This document shows, piece after piece, positions 1 through 11,953 of a DNA stretch of 64,000 nucleotides. Both the position numbers and the translations under genes were made by a program. Source of the stretch: Octopus vulgaris (taxonomy: Eukaryota); assembly GCA_951406725.2 (NCBI GenBank), contig OX597816.1, forward strand, positions 141,174,001-141,238,000, given 5' to 3'. Position 1 is the stretch's first letter; each line of letters opens with the position of its first letter. Below the pieces are notes generated by a model. It was not told where the DNA came from. It searched no databases and saw nothing but the letters and a program-made list of their open reading frames with translations.

Positions 1-245
1 GAAATGGGCTGTGTGTAGTGTTTTTGAGCAACACACTTTATTTCACATTGCTCCAGTTAACTTAGCTGTAGAAATAAGTTTTGACTTTGCCTTTCCCTTG
101 GACAACATCAGTGGCATGGAGAAGGGAGACTAGTATTCATGGGTAACTGCTGGCCTTCCATAAACAACCTTGTGCCTCAGAGGCGAACTTTTTAGGTGCA
201 ATCCCATGGTCATTCGTGACCAAAGAGAGTCTTTACATTTATCTT
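1..245 (+). mobile_element. CORE-type SINE, 5' part outside window (same family as 21779-22118)
   Basis: Aligns by eye with 21845-22118 (…ttgagcaa…ctttatttcac…ctccagtt…cagctgtagaaat…gcaatcccatggtcattc). Confidence 0.75.
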
Positions 246-367
246 TTTAGTAGTAATAGTAGTTGTGTTGTTTCTCCCAAGACTTGTAAGCCCACAAATA
301 AAAGTATTCCAGCAATACTGTGTAAATGTGTAGAGTGTTATAACATGTACATAGTGCAGCTAGTATA

Positions 368-1223
368 CAAGGTGTTCCAGAAATCTTGGGCACATTTCAA
401 GTCCTCATATCTGCTAGACTATGATTGGTAGTAAGATGAAACTGGTACCATTTTAAAGCTATGATTTTTTCAGATTTTTTCAGATCCAGTAATGGCGTTC
501 ACTCAACCAGAAAGGCGTTTTGCGTCCTCGAATTTGCAAAAACTGAATCATGGACACTTGTTCAACATGAATTTCACACAAACTTCCGAAAAGAGGCACC
601 AGAAAGGGAGTCCATATTGAGATGGCATGGTAAATTCATGAAGGATGGGTGTTTGTGTCCAGCTAAGAGAACAGGATGCCCCTCAACTTAAGATGGTATG
701 GTTGAGCGAGTTCGAACTGCTTTCGAGCAGAGTGCCCATAAATCAATCAGAAGAGCCAGTAGGGACTTCATTTTCCAACAGGATGGGGTGTCACCGCACT
801 GGAGACTCAGGGTTAGACAGTATCTGAATACAACACTGCCAGACAGATGAATTGGACGGTCTGGGCAAGATGATCATGTTCTCATGCCCTGGCCTCCCAG
901 GTTTCCAGATCTCACACCCTACGATTTCTTTTTGTGGGCGTTTGTGAAAGGACTGGTCTATGTGCCTCCCCTTCCAAAAGATATGGATGAACTCAAGGCC
1001 TGAATAACGAAAGCAGTTGCAACCATCGACAACGCAATGCTGGAACGCATTTAGCAAGAATTGGACTATCAGCTTGATGTGTGCCATGTGACCAATCTTT
1101 GAACATTCCATAAAAAAACTTGAAATTGCAGGCTTTCAGAATATATCAGATGCGTTTTTATGTCCTTAATAGTTTTCGAGATGTTCAATGTCAAAATGTG
1201 CCCAAGACTTCTGGAACACCCTG
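368..1223 (+). mobile_element. Internally deleted Tc1/mariner DNA transposon
   Basis: TIRs caaggtgttccagaaatcttgggcacattt / aaatgtgcccaagacttctggaacaccctg, with TA on both sides (366-367, 1224-1225). Decayed transposase: N-terminal HTH-like ORF (461-691), then FQQDG…WIGR…WPPRFPDLTPYDFFLW motifs with stops and frameshifts. Confidence 0.9.
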
Positions 1224-1771
1224 TATAATATATTGTGTATCTAATTGTTTATCTCCACATCATTGGTGATACAATAGATCTATGATCAAATGAGTTCAAG
1301 GAATGACCATTTCATCTTTTATTCAGATATAATATATATCTCTTACCTCATTATTCAACAACATATCCTTTCTTTCATAGAAGTGGTATGAGGAAAATTT
1401 AACTGCTATTTTTAGTACATTAGGCCACCTCATGTTGTCTGTAAGAAATAGGCATTATGATGGGATTCTTTGTTCGTAAAATATCATTAAAATTGTGAAA
1501 CCACTCCTATGTAAATCCATTACATATATAGTCCGTGTGTGTGTGCGTGTATTTATATTTAGTCACCAGTTTACACATGTTTATTGTAAAGGCAATAAAC
1601 TCATCTCTTAGCTGTAATGCTAAGTAGCATGGGGCACCTATTTACAGTTCAATGTTGTAAGCAGTTGGGGAACTGTTTCATTGATGACCATGTTGTTGTT
1701 AACATAAAATACTGAGTTTTACTCCTGCTCAGAGAATAGCTTCAAACATTAGAGGCTCTGTGAGGTTGAAT

Positions 1772-1863
1772 AACCTCAGATACACTACATGCAAAAGTCT
1801 AAAATCGAAGCCATATCAACCTCAGATACACAACATGCAAAAGTCTAAAATCGAAGCCATATC
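1772..1863. repeat. Local tandem duplication, 2 x 46 bp
   Basis: aacctcagatacac(t/a)acatgcaaaagtctaaaatcgaagccatatc occurs twice with one mismatch. Confidence 0.9.
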
Positions 1864-1994
1864 ATTTCACATGTGTACAGGAATTAAAAGTGGATGATAA
1901 AAACAACTGTATTTACACTATGCTACAGAACTTGGGGTACTTTTTCATGTGCCACCGTGTATATACCTTTATGTTTGCTTCAAGAACAACTACT

Positions 1995-2026
<32 letters not shown>

Positions 2027-2028
<2 letters not shown>

Positions 2029-2421
2029 CGCAGGAGTGGCTGTGTGGTAAGTAGCTTGCTTACCAACCACATGGTTCCGGGTTTAGTCCCACTGCGTGGA
2101 ATCTTGGGCAAGTGTCTTCTGCTATAGCCTCGGGCCGACCAAAGCCTTGTGAGTGAATTTTGGTAGACAGAAACTGAAAGAAGCCCATCATATATATGTA
2201 TATATATATATATATATATGTATGTGTCTGTGTTTGTCCCCCTAGCATTGTTTGACAACCGATGCTGGTGTGTTTATGTCCCTGTCACTTAGTGGTTCGG
2301 CAAAAGAGACCGATAGAATAAGTACTGGGCTTACAAAGAATAAGTCCTAGGGTCGAGTTGCTCGATTAAAGGCAGTGCTCCAGCATGGCCGCAGTCAAAT
2401 GACTGAAACAAGTAAAAGAGT
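2027..2421 (+). mobile_element. tRNA-derived SINE (octopus-type), full length
   Basis: tRNA-like head with A/B-box-like motifs (tggctgtgtggtaag…ggtttagtccc), internal (TA)n, tail gcagtcaaatgactgaaacaagtaaaagag. Nearly identical to the inverted copy at 20664-21046. Confidence 0.85.
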
Positions 2422-2496
2422 ATGTATGTATTAAATATTACACTGCATGTGTGAGAGAGAGAGAGAGAGAATAAATGTGTATAGGTTTATACCTAC

Positions 2497-2607
2497 CATA
2501 AGGAGAATTCAACATGTCAGCAGTAGTTTGTGTAGCAACATAGTGTACTATACAGATCAGCATGTGAACATATGAAATCATCTCAGCATTACCATTCATA
2601 TAAGAGC
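2497..2607 (-). CDS. RB1: RB1-like exon, 111 bp (S-SYMNGNAEMISYVHMLICIVHYVATQTTADMLNSPY); last exon found, gene continues leftward
   Basis: Acceptor ttctcctaacag, donor gtaggt, phase 1-1, open frame. Aligns with human RB1 [37 protein letters not shown] (exon 7, recalled as 111 bp). Confidence 0.85.
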
Positions 2608-3056
2608 CTGTTAGGAGAAATAAAACAAATACATCATAAACACTTCACAAAAATTGAATTATTTGAAATATATTTCAAGATTTGATTATATATTGTTCTT
2701 CATACGTGTCTACATGATAACTAGAAGTGACAATACTGATCTCTGTCACATCAAGTTAATATCAAGATTCAAATGGGGCCAGAGTAATAGCATCTTGGTC
2801 CAAAGTGATGCTGGATATACTCTAATCCTAATTCTAATCCTGGTAAAAAAAATTTTTTGATTAAAAAACAAAACTTCATCAGAACCAACAATTTAAATAG
2901 ATCTCTCAACCAATTCCCAAAGTTTTTTAAGTAATCTCCAATAGCAAGTTCTACTTACAAAATACAATTTTCCCTAGCAATTATATTTTTAAGGAAATTA
3001 TCTAGCTCCAAAAGTTAGCTCTTAGTTCCTTTTGGGGTTGCTGAGACAACTCTTAA

Positions 3057-3266
3057 CCCTTTTGTTACTGTATTTATTTTAAGATGCTCTGTGTTTCTTT
3101 CAATTACTTTAAATAAAACAAAGGATTTAGTAAAATAACTTAGTCATCATTTAGCTAGTGTTAGGAACATAAATTGTGACTAAGGTTTAGTGGAAGATTT
3201 TAATTCAAAACTTATGAAAACAAGACATTTGTATTCAGAGCCAGAGCCGGTTTGGTAACGAAAGGG
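3057..3266. mobile_element. piggyBac-like TTAA MITE, family B
   Basis: TTAA-cccttttgttac…gtaacgaaaggg-TTAA. Inverted copy at 9403-9622. Confidence 0.8.
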
Positions 3267-4140
3267 TTAAAACAGCAAATCAGAACAAAATATTCTGTAT
3301 TGAATTAAGAAACAGAAAATACAAGAAATTGACTTGATACTGTTCAGCTAATGATCTAAGATATAGAGATAGATCTGAATCTTGTAGGCATTGGAGAATA
3401 TGATACAAGTTCATGCTAAGGGAAGAAAATGCATTGGGTAATTGAAAAATCTTGAGGTGTCACAAAAAAGAATGACATCTGTGTTTGTAAGCAGGGAGAC
3501 AAAAGATGGTGCCATCAGTAAAATATATAACAGGATGCTTTCATATTTTTAGATAAATAAATATATTTGGATAGTGGGAGGTTACATAGTCTGGAAAGTC
3601 TCAGGAAGAATTAGAAGCCAGTTTTAGAAACAGTTGGGGAGATGCCTTTAAGACTAATCACTGGACTGAGCAGAAGATTTGTCACATTAGAAGAGATCTG
3701 CACATATAGAAGATGAAGTGGAAGTCTAATTTCAATCAATGGTTTCTATTTCAAAGAAGAAGAGTCCCACAGCCCATTCTGATGACCAACTCTCATCTAT
3801 ACATATATTGGATGCCTCTAGTCTCACCCAAATCCCAGTTGTTTAGTGCAACACAGAACTTCCACCAGAAGCTTTGTTTTCACACAGTCTAAATATACCC
3901 TCTTATGGAGTACTATTCTAATATTACGGACAGTGCTCCTAATTTTATTTCTGCCATTCTGGACCACTTTTGAAAATATGACCATCTGCATTATCAATTG
4001 ACTCTACACTTATAGCCAGACTAGGAAAAGCACTGCAATTAATGATAATTTCTATGTTGTAATGCTTGCATTCACTTTCAATAAAACATAATAACATATC
4101 AGCAATAAATAAATTTTTGAAACTGTTTTGTTATACATAC

Positions 4141-4214
4141 TTTTGCATAAGAGAAACAATATCCAACACAATTTCCTTTTTGACTGGACAGTGTCTGATT
4201 TGACTTTTTGGTTT
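4141..4214 (-). CDS. RB1: RB1-like exon, 74 bp (L-NQKVKSDTVQSKRKLCWILFLLCK)
   Basis: Acceptor tatttcag, donor gtatgt, phase 2-1. CWILFLLCK matches the RB-family SWITFLLAK motif. Confidence 0.88.
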
Positions 4215-4339
4215 CTGAAATACATATTTTGTATTTTGAGTAACAATAAAACAGCCAGCATCAAAACAATATATGTATATAACTTGCATATGTGTATGTG
4301 CATGTGTGTGTATGTATAAAATTAATAATAGGCAATAGT

Positions 4340-4787
4340 AACAAACACCATCCGATCGTGGCCGTTCGCCAGCCTCGTCTGGCACCTGTGTCGGTGGCAC
4401 ATAAGAAAACACCGAAAACACCATCCGAGCATGGCCGTCTGCCAGCCTCATCTGGCACCTGTGTCGGTGGCACATAAGAAAACACCGAAAACACCATCCG
4501 AGCGTGGCCGCCTGCCAGCCTCGTGTGGCACCTGTGTCGGTGGCACATAAAAAACACCATCCGAGCGTGGCCGTCTGCCAGCCTCGTCTGGCACCTGTGT
4601 CGGTGGCACATAAAATCACCCACTACACTCTCGGAGTGGTTGGCGTTAGGAAGGGCATCCAGCTATAGAAACACTGCCAGATCTGACTGGCCTGGTGCAG
4701 CCTTCGGGCTTGCCAGACCCCAGTTGAACCGTCCAACCCATGCTAGCATGGAAAGCGGACGTTAAACGATGATGATGATGATGATGA
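4340..4787 (+). mobile_element. Non-autonomous retroelement with RTE-like 3' tail and internal minisatellite (about 4 units of 60-65 bp)
   Basis: Repeats of caccatccgagcgtggccg…ggcacctgtgtcggtggcacataa, then ggttggcgttaggaagggcatccagct…gcatggaaagcggacgttaaac(gat)n. Confidence 0.8.
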
Positions 4788-6875
4788 GTACACTTCACAC
4801 TAAAATAACATCAAAAGTTTTAAAGCATTATCAAACTGTAACAGGAAAACTGCCTTCCAGGTGGTTTTCTGTCCATCATTGTAATAAGGATATATTATAT
4901 AATATCTGTGGCCGAGATTGTACATTGAAGATTGGAATTCATAGTCATTTCAAAATTTGCTCTTGATCTTCCTCCATAGATACTCACTGTAGTCTACATG
5001 ACTGACAGATGCCATATATATATCTTCTCTGCTTGCATATATGGGACAACACTTTCAAACATATCCTTTTCTAATGTAAGATGGTATGGCACAATTTTAG
5101 GGAAATTTGGCTGCTATATCTAGCAGGTCACATATCAACAGAAAGCTCACTGCTTTGGGCTGAAGGTAAACTTTGGTGTTATGGTGTAGTTCCAGATCAG
5201 TTGTACTTAAAAAAATGATGATGAAAGATGTTCCAGTTGATATTCTTGCCATACATACATCAAGAATTAGATCAGTCACTGTAGCCTTTATTTAGAATTG
5301 CAATTTGGAAGACTTTTGGCTGCTATTTTCAGCAGATTGAGTGATAACTAAATTGTTGCTTGTATTTACCAAACCTGATGGTATTTTGCATTAAGATGAG
5401 TGTTAGTAAAAATACTATTGGTTCCATCACTTATACAGATCTATAGATTTCAGACAAATTTAAAACGTAAAAAAAAAAATGTAAAATTTATAAAAATTCA
5501 CTGGAATGATTTCATCTGCACATTACTTCATATATTTCGTTTAGGTAACATTACTAAAATATTACCATTTTAATTAGATTAAATATATATCAGTTCAAAT
5601 CAGGAGACCATTTGCAGATAGTGAAAATAGTTCAAACAGAAGAGCGTAAGATTAAAGACCTAAGCATCCCTGGTTCAGTCCTGTGTTTTGGTATGTTGAG
5701 GTTTGTTTACTTCTTAAAATTATTACTCATCAAGTTATTTCAGAATAAAGAATGTCTTGAGAACTGCCTCAATGCTGCGAGATCTTATAAGAAGCTCTAA
5801 TATAGGTAACTCTGGAACATGGTATTCTTTGCAATTGAAAGCTTCTTGTTCTATCTGGAGTATCTAAGAGGCAAATAATTAAGTAACCATGGTGAGGTCC
5901 ATTGAGACATTACTGTTACATGTAATTGTCTAAAACTGAAGCATATAAGCTTGGTATACAGTTGATGGTGAATACTACATAACAGAGCTGCCTTAAATGT
6001 GTGGTAGCAAAAATATTTTAAATTTTTATATAATACTTAGTTATATATATAGCCAAATTGACTATAGAACCAAATAATCTACAAGATCTAATTAGGTGTA
6101 GGCAATGGTGTGTGATTAAGAAGTTCACTCTACAACTACATGGAACCCATAGGAGGAACCTTCCTTATCCTTGACTGGTAGACTCAATCCATTTCCATTA
6201 CTTGACCATTGGGTGCCTTTAACAGAACCCACTAAGTTGCAAGCATCCAAACTAGGTCTGAAGATAATTATATTCCTTCCTTCCACTTGTCTCAGAAAAG
6301 GATCAAGGTTGCAGTCTTTCCCCAGCTGAATTAACTACAAATTAAAACCGATATCTCCAAACTGTCTGCATTTAAAAATGTACACATCACCAAAATGCCA
6401 AAAAAAAAACCTGTCTACAACACATAATTGTGCATGTGTGTGTGTGCATGCACGCGCATGTAATATGTATATATATATATATTGGCTTTTACAAGTCATC
6501 TGTAGTTTCAATCTAAACATTCCAATATTGAGTATAACACCAAACTGTCTACATTTCCCAAATGTTTTCAGAATCAATTTAACAGTACAAAGTTGTGTAT
6601 AGCAACAAATTGTCTGCATTACAAAATATTCTATATAAAAAATTATCTACAGTACCAATTTATTTTATATCCCAAATTGTGTTCAGTGTCATATTGTCAA
6701 CATCTCCAAAAGTAACTATCAATAATTTCTATGTGCAATCATTTATACAGTTAGTTATAAATCAGATTTCCTTACACACTATCTTCCAAAAGTTTCTTAT
6801 ATTAACTGTTTGAAGAACACCAGAAACACTGGAAAGTAACAACAAAAAAAATTTCCAGTTATATAATATACTTAC

Positions 6876-6917
6876 AATACATTCTTAGAGTTCTGTTTGA
6901 AAATTTGAGGAAATATT
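6876..6917 (-). CDS. RB1: RB1-like micro-exon, 42 bp (R-IFPQIFKQNSKNV)
   Basis: Strong acceptor ttctttattttgtacag, donor gtaagt, phase 2-2. Positional equivalent of the short human exon 5 (recalled as 39 bp). Confidence 0.8.
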
Positions 6918-7174
6918 CTGTACAAAATAAAGAATAAGAAAAACTCAATGGCATGTCATCAAAATATAATTATATATGAATATTGAAATAAACGTAGCAA
7001 AAATTGTGAAAGTGTCAGTAAAATAAATTGTTTTAAGCTACATTACAAACAAGAATCTAATAAAAGAATAGATATTAAATTGTAGACTTTCTTAGAGTCC
7101 CTCGAACACAAACTAACAGTAAAACATTACTTTGATAAAGCAAGTGAAGGTGAAAGGATACTTTAGAAGTATTT

Positions 7175-7398
7175 AAACCTTTAGTATTTAAACTGGCCGT
7201 ATCCAGCCCAAATATTCTACCTGTTTTATGTTCAAACTGACCAGATCAGGTCTCTCACATCTACTCTACAATGTCATTCTAAAGATATACAATCACATCA
7301 TTGGGATCTCAAGGCTACAAGATAATGCATGATTAATTCAAATCAATGTGAATGAAAAGCAGTACATCTGACAAAATAATTTGAATGTTGAAGGGTCA
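7175..7398. mobile_element. piggyBac-like TTAA MITE, family A (degenerate)
   Basis: cctttagtatttaaactggcc…ccaaatattctacctgttttatgttcaaac; same body as 20028-20248. Confidence 0.7.
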
Positions 7399-7496
7399 AC
7401 AGATACATTTTCAGAATTTCAGCTGATTACCATTTGTTGAAAAGTTTGAAAGTGATTTCATAGCAGTTTCTGAAAATAAAGAAATAAATCGTCTAC

Positions 7497-7628
7497 CTTT
7501 GGAATAATGCAAACATGGGTGATGTGATGATATATCTTTTCATTAGCTGTTGTAAGTGAGTATTTACAGCTTGGCTTGAACTTTGGACTTCTTGTAAACG
7601 TGACATGTAGTTGAAAAAATCTTTTACT
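7497..7628 (-). CDS. RB1: RB1-like exon, 132 bp (K-VKDFFNYMSRLQEVQSSSQAVNTHLQQLMKRYIITSPMFALFQ)
   Basis: Acceptor ttttgcag, donor gtagac, phase 2-2. Aligns with human [37 protein letters not shown]. Confidence 0.9.
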
Positions 7629-8721
7629 CTGCAAAAGAAATGCATTATTTTGAAGAAGAAAAGCAGAAAAGAAGAAATGAGGCTTTTTTTAATATTTTGA
7701 TGAAGATGGAAACAATAGCGAGAAAGTAAAATGGGTATGTGGGTATTTGAAAATACCTCATAGAGTGACAACCATGCCCTGCATAGTTATGGGCTGCCCT
7801 TTGGCAAGGCATAGCACTTGTTCAGCCACCCTGCCAGGGATATGGCGAAATCATGAGACTACAGCATGGTGGATTGTCAAGAAGTAGCAGAAGAGCTCAA
7901 CTTCTTAAATCGATGCTGAGCAGAGGAATCCTAGAAGATCAATGGTCAAGATCACCAAACTCTATCAAGAGAGTATCTGCAACGCATCCTTGGGGGTAGC
8001 ATCCATGGTTGTGTAATCAGCTAATGAAAGATTCACTATTGACTCAAGTTCCCAATTCAAATTCATAATAATAGAATTGGATGGTGATAGAGAGTCATGG
8101 GAATCTGCGAAAAAAATGGGGAGAGAAAGTCAGAATTGTTTGGTACTCAAGTGATGAAACTTAAATGTAACTAATAAACCTTCATCTCATATATAGTATC
8201 TGTTAAAGACTCACAGACATTCTAATATCATAGAGTTAAACATATGGTAAAGTAGAATATCAGGAAACTAGCTGATAAATGTGTAATGGCTTTGATTCCT
8301 AATATATTATTATCACAAAATAATGTTCATAACAATGTGTATTTTAATGGCCACAATGAATCTACTGTGATATAATTATTTTGGTTCCAACATACAATCT
8401 CAAATAAAATCAGATGCCAAATAATTACAAATCAGCAAAGTAAAATATTTTAGCAAAAATACTTTCAAGGAAAATGTAGTTTTAGTAAACAGAGCTAAGT
8501 AACTAAATAAGCAGATTTATAGCAAATAAGGAATACATTCTAATTTTATTATACACATTACATTTCTAGATTGGCCTGTCTTTGCAAAGCATACAATGAA
8601 CAAATACCATAGGTGAATTTCAACTATAGTAAAATTAAATTGCCAAGTAACAAAAGCCAAAATAACAAAGTAGTAGTAAATATTTAAAAAATAGATAAAA
8701 CTATAAAATACAAATACTTAC

Positions 8722-8790
8722 TTAACATCTACTGCTTTCAGTAAGTCTGTGATTGTGAAAACATATGGATCTAAATCACAATAGCCGGAT
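8722..8790 (-). CDS. RB1: RB1-like exon, 69 bp (R-SGYCDLDPYVFTITDLLKAVDV)
   Basis: Acceptor ttttccag, donor gtaagt, phase 2-2. FTITDLLK resembles human FTFTELQK. Confidence 0.87.
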
Positions 8791-8873
8791 CTGGAAAATT
8801 GTATAGATATAAATGGTTAGAACCTTTTATGTTTGTAGCTGACAATATTAAATCAGCCAGTTAACACATTTAA

Positions 8874-9091
8874 CCCTTTTGTTATCATGTTTCTGTTTAG
8901 GTACACTGTTCTTGATTCAATTAATTTCAGAAATAATGAAGAATTTAGTGAAATAACTGTCATTATTAAGCTGGTGTTTGGAACATATATTAACAAGAAT
9001 TTTTAAAAGAAAGTTTTAATTTAGATCACTTTAAAACAAAAAGTTTGTATCATGGAAACAGGCAGTTCCAGGTGGGTTGGTATTAAAAGGA
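8874..9091. mobile_element. TTAA MITE, family B (diverged)
   Basis: TTAA-cccttttgtta…aaagga-TTAA; body similar to 3057-3266. Confidence 0.65.
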
Positions 9092-9192
9092 TTAAAGTGT
9101 AATTATACATGTAAGATACTTATTTCTAAAATAAATGTCTAAAAAAATTATTCTGGGTCCTATATACAAAATTCAGCTTATTATATGCTTAA

Positions 9193-9637
9193 CCCTTTAG
9201 CATTCAAATCATTATGTTAAATGTAATATTTATTTATTCACTATGTTTTCAATTAGTCATGCATTATCTCATAGCTTTGAAATTTTGATGATGTGACAGT
9301 TTTACTCTTACAATGACATTGTAGGATAGACTGCAAAGGTTCGATCTGGTCAGTTTGAACATAAAACGGGTAGAATATTTTGGCCGGACTTGGCCAGTTT
9401 AACCCTTTTGTTAACAACCCTGCTGAAACCGGCTCTGGATCTGAGTACAAATGTCTTGTTTTCATAAATTTTGAATTAAAATCTTCCACCAAACCTTAGT
9501 CACAGTTTATGTTCCTAACAGTAGCTAAATGATAACCAAGTTATTTTATTAAATTTTTTGTCATATTTAAAGTAATCGAAAGAAGCACAGAGCATCTCAA
9601 AATAAATACAGTAACGAAAGGGTTAAATGCTAAAGAG
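9193..9637. mobile_element. TTAA MITE family A with a family B MITE nested at 9403-9622
   Basis: Outer ends ccctttagcatt…aatgctaaagag. The inner element is flanked by duplicated TTAA at 9399-9402 and 9623-9626. Confidence 0.85.
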
Positions 9638-9818
9638 TTAAATGTACTAAAAACTCTTCTATCTGAATATGTGCTACTGAAATTGAGGTGAGTCTAAAAT
9701 GCCTTTATGTCTTTTATGCCATCAGATATGGTTAATTTGCTATGTTGCTTAGTTTAAATGAGTAACTAAATCATCTGTAGTATTTTCTCTTTTATACTTG
9801 GAAATAAGAGACACTTAC

Positions 9819-9874
9819 CTGCTATCAATGATACATTTGTAGAGAGCACAACCAAACCATGCTTCAGCTGGACT
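9819..9874 (-). CDS. RB1: RB1-like exon, 56 bp (SPAEAWFGCALYKCIIDS)
   Basis: Acceptor tttcag, donor gtaagt, phase 0-2. WxxCALY is typical of the RB-family N-terminal domain. Confidence 0.88.
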
Positions 9875-10082
9875 CTGAAATTATCAAATAATAATAGAGT
9901 TTTTTTTGTTTGTTTTTTCATAAATGCAAATACAAGTGTGTGTACAGTTTACATATTTCTCTTCTGCATCTTTCAATCAGAGTTTTCATACCATTACCTG
10001 TACAACATAGTAATATCATGTTCTACTGCATAAATGTTATAAAAAATGTTTAATTTTTTTTTTAAGTATCAAGTAGATTTGA

Positions 10083-10510
10083 TATCATCATCATTTAACG
10101 TCCGCTTTCCATGCTGGCATGGGTTGGATGGTTCAACTGGGGTCTGGGAAGCCAGAAGGCTGCACCAGGCCCAGTCTGATATGGCAGTGTTTCTACAGCT
10201 GGATGCTCTTCCTAATGCCAACCACTCCGTGAGTGTAGTGGGTGCTTTTTGCATGCCACTGGCACAGGTGCCAGACGAGGCTGGCAAACGGACACGATCA
10301 GATGGTGCTTTTTACGTGCCACCGGCACGGGGACCAGACAAAGCTGGCAACAGCCACGGTCAGATGGTGCTTTTTACGTGCCACCGGCACGGAGGCCAGT
10401 CAGACGGCGCTGGCTACAGCCACGTTCGGATGGTTCTCTTACGTGCCACCGGCACTGGTATCACAGCTACAAATTCCATTGATGTTGATAGATTACGATT
10501 TTGATTTTCA
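10083..10510 (-). mobile_element. RTE-tail non-autonomous retroelement with internal minisatellite
   Basis: Reverse complement of the 4340-4787 family; (cat)n tail at the left end. Confidence 0.8.
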
Positions 10511-10989
10511 CTTGCCATGTGTATAACATATATTAAGATGTAATATATAAACGATATAAATTGAACTGAAATATTATTTGTAGACATAAGTCGCAGTGAT
10601 GTGATGTAGGAAAAGAATTTTGTCAGTGTTGTTTGTTATCTATTGTAGGGAAGTGTTATGGGTATTGTTGAAGGAAAACAAGGGGCAGAGTTTTGGATCA
10701 GTTTTGTGACCAGTATTTGTAAATGAATCCATAAATACAAAACCCATCTTTTGTTTTTTACAACTTAATATTTGTTTTGTTTTTAGTTTTAGTTTTTTTA
10801 TATATTTTGGTCAGCTATTTTCATTGTTACATTTGTATTGCTGACTTTTCAATAAGTATCCGTGACAGAGGACCAAGATATGTGGCACATTGCTGCACTC
10901 AAGAAAACTCACCCACCACAACAGAATTGAGATCCTAAAACCAAGGTGTCACATAAAAAGTATTGATGCGGATGCTGGAGATACATCAA

Positions 10990-11182
10990 AAGCACTGGTG
11001 CTACTGCCACATAAAAAGTACCCAGTAGTCTTTAAAGTGGTTGGCATTAGGAATGGCATCCAGCTGTAGAAACCAAGCCAAGACAGACTATGGAATCTGG
11101 TGCAGCCCCTGGCCTTACCAGTTCCTGTCAAGCAGTCCAACCTATGCCAGCATGGAAAACAGGTTAAATGTTGATGATGATA
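10990..11182 (+). mobile_element. RTE-tail element, diverged 3' fragment
   Basis: ggttggcattaggaatggcatccagctgtagaa…gccagcatggaaaac…gatgatgat. Confidence 0.65.
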
Positions 11183-11424
11183 TGGGTGTTGTTAAATAGC
11201 TATAAACCTATACTACAGAGGTAACTGATTCTAGCAGAACCAAGTCCTTCCCTATAATGAAACATACTATCTGAAAACAAATGGTTACCGTTTTAAAGAT
11301 GAATTGAGAAAGCTGTAGAGGGCCATGTAGCTGCTTCATTTAGTTGAGTAACTGCTCATTAGCTTGTGTGGCTGTTATGCATGTAGATTGCAAGGTGAAT
11401 GTTTATGCATGTAAAGATACACAT

Positions 11425-11760
11425 GATTAAGAAGTTCGCTTTGCAACCATGTGGTTTCAGGTTCAGTCCCACTGAGTTGCACATCGGACGAGTGTCCCCT
11501 GCTAGAGACTCAGGCTAATCAATGTTTTGTGAGTGAATTTGGTAGAGAGAAACTGAAGAAGCTTGTTGTGTATGCATGAGTGTGTATGTGCCTTTGTGTT
11601 TGTTTCCCCCACCACTTGACAACCAGTCATAACTTAGCAGCTCAGCAAAAGGGACCAAAAGAATAAGTACCAGACTTAAAAAAGAACAAGTATTATGGTC
11701 AATTTGTTTGACTAGAATCCCTTCAAGGCAGTGCTCCAGCATGACTGAAATAAATAAAAG
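11425..11760 (+). mobile_element. tRNA-derived SINE, diverged
   Basis: Similar to 2027-2421 (ggttcagtcccact…agaaactgaagaagc…gtgctccagcatg). Confidence 0.7.
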
Positions 11761-11823
11761 ACATTTCCTAACGAAAGATGTCTAAATATACACATATATA
11801 CAAATATCTTTAAATTTACTTAC

Positions 11824-11953
11824 ATCATGAAAGACTTTCTGGTGATTCAACCATAACTCCTCCCAATGGTTCATGGCTTTTTTACACATAGACTCTGACA
11901 CTTTTAAAGATTTGCATAACATACTGAATCGTGTTTTTAGATGATCCATAATA
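11824..11953 (-). CDS. RB1: RB1-like exon, 130 bp (IMDHLKTRFSMLCKSLKVSESMCKKAMNHWEELWLNHQKVFHD)
   Basis: Acceptor ttgaacag, donor gtaagt, phase 2-0. Aligns with human [26 protein letters not shown] (exon 2, recalled as 127 bp, same phases). Confidence 0.88.

Noticed and set aside
1638-1711. Possible next RB1 exon after 2497 (VFYVNNNMVINETVPQLLTTLNCK)
   Set aside because: In-frame TAG before the donor and no clear homology; the next exon probably lies outside the window.
4345-4615. CRISPR-like regular repeats
   Set aside because: Eukaryotic DNA; the units are contiguous with no unique spacers and there are no cas genes.
4131-4623. ORFs with repeated CHRHRCQ / YVPPAQVP peptides (also 10046-10526, 18384-18835, 37614-37965)
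   Set aside because: They are translations of the minisatellite inside a high-copy retroelement and are open in several frames.
6776-6828. Possible RB1 exon (VSGVLQTVNIRNFWKIV)
   Set aside because: It would need an intron of only about 47 nt and ends in phase 1, which is incompatible with the phase-2 exon at 4214.
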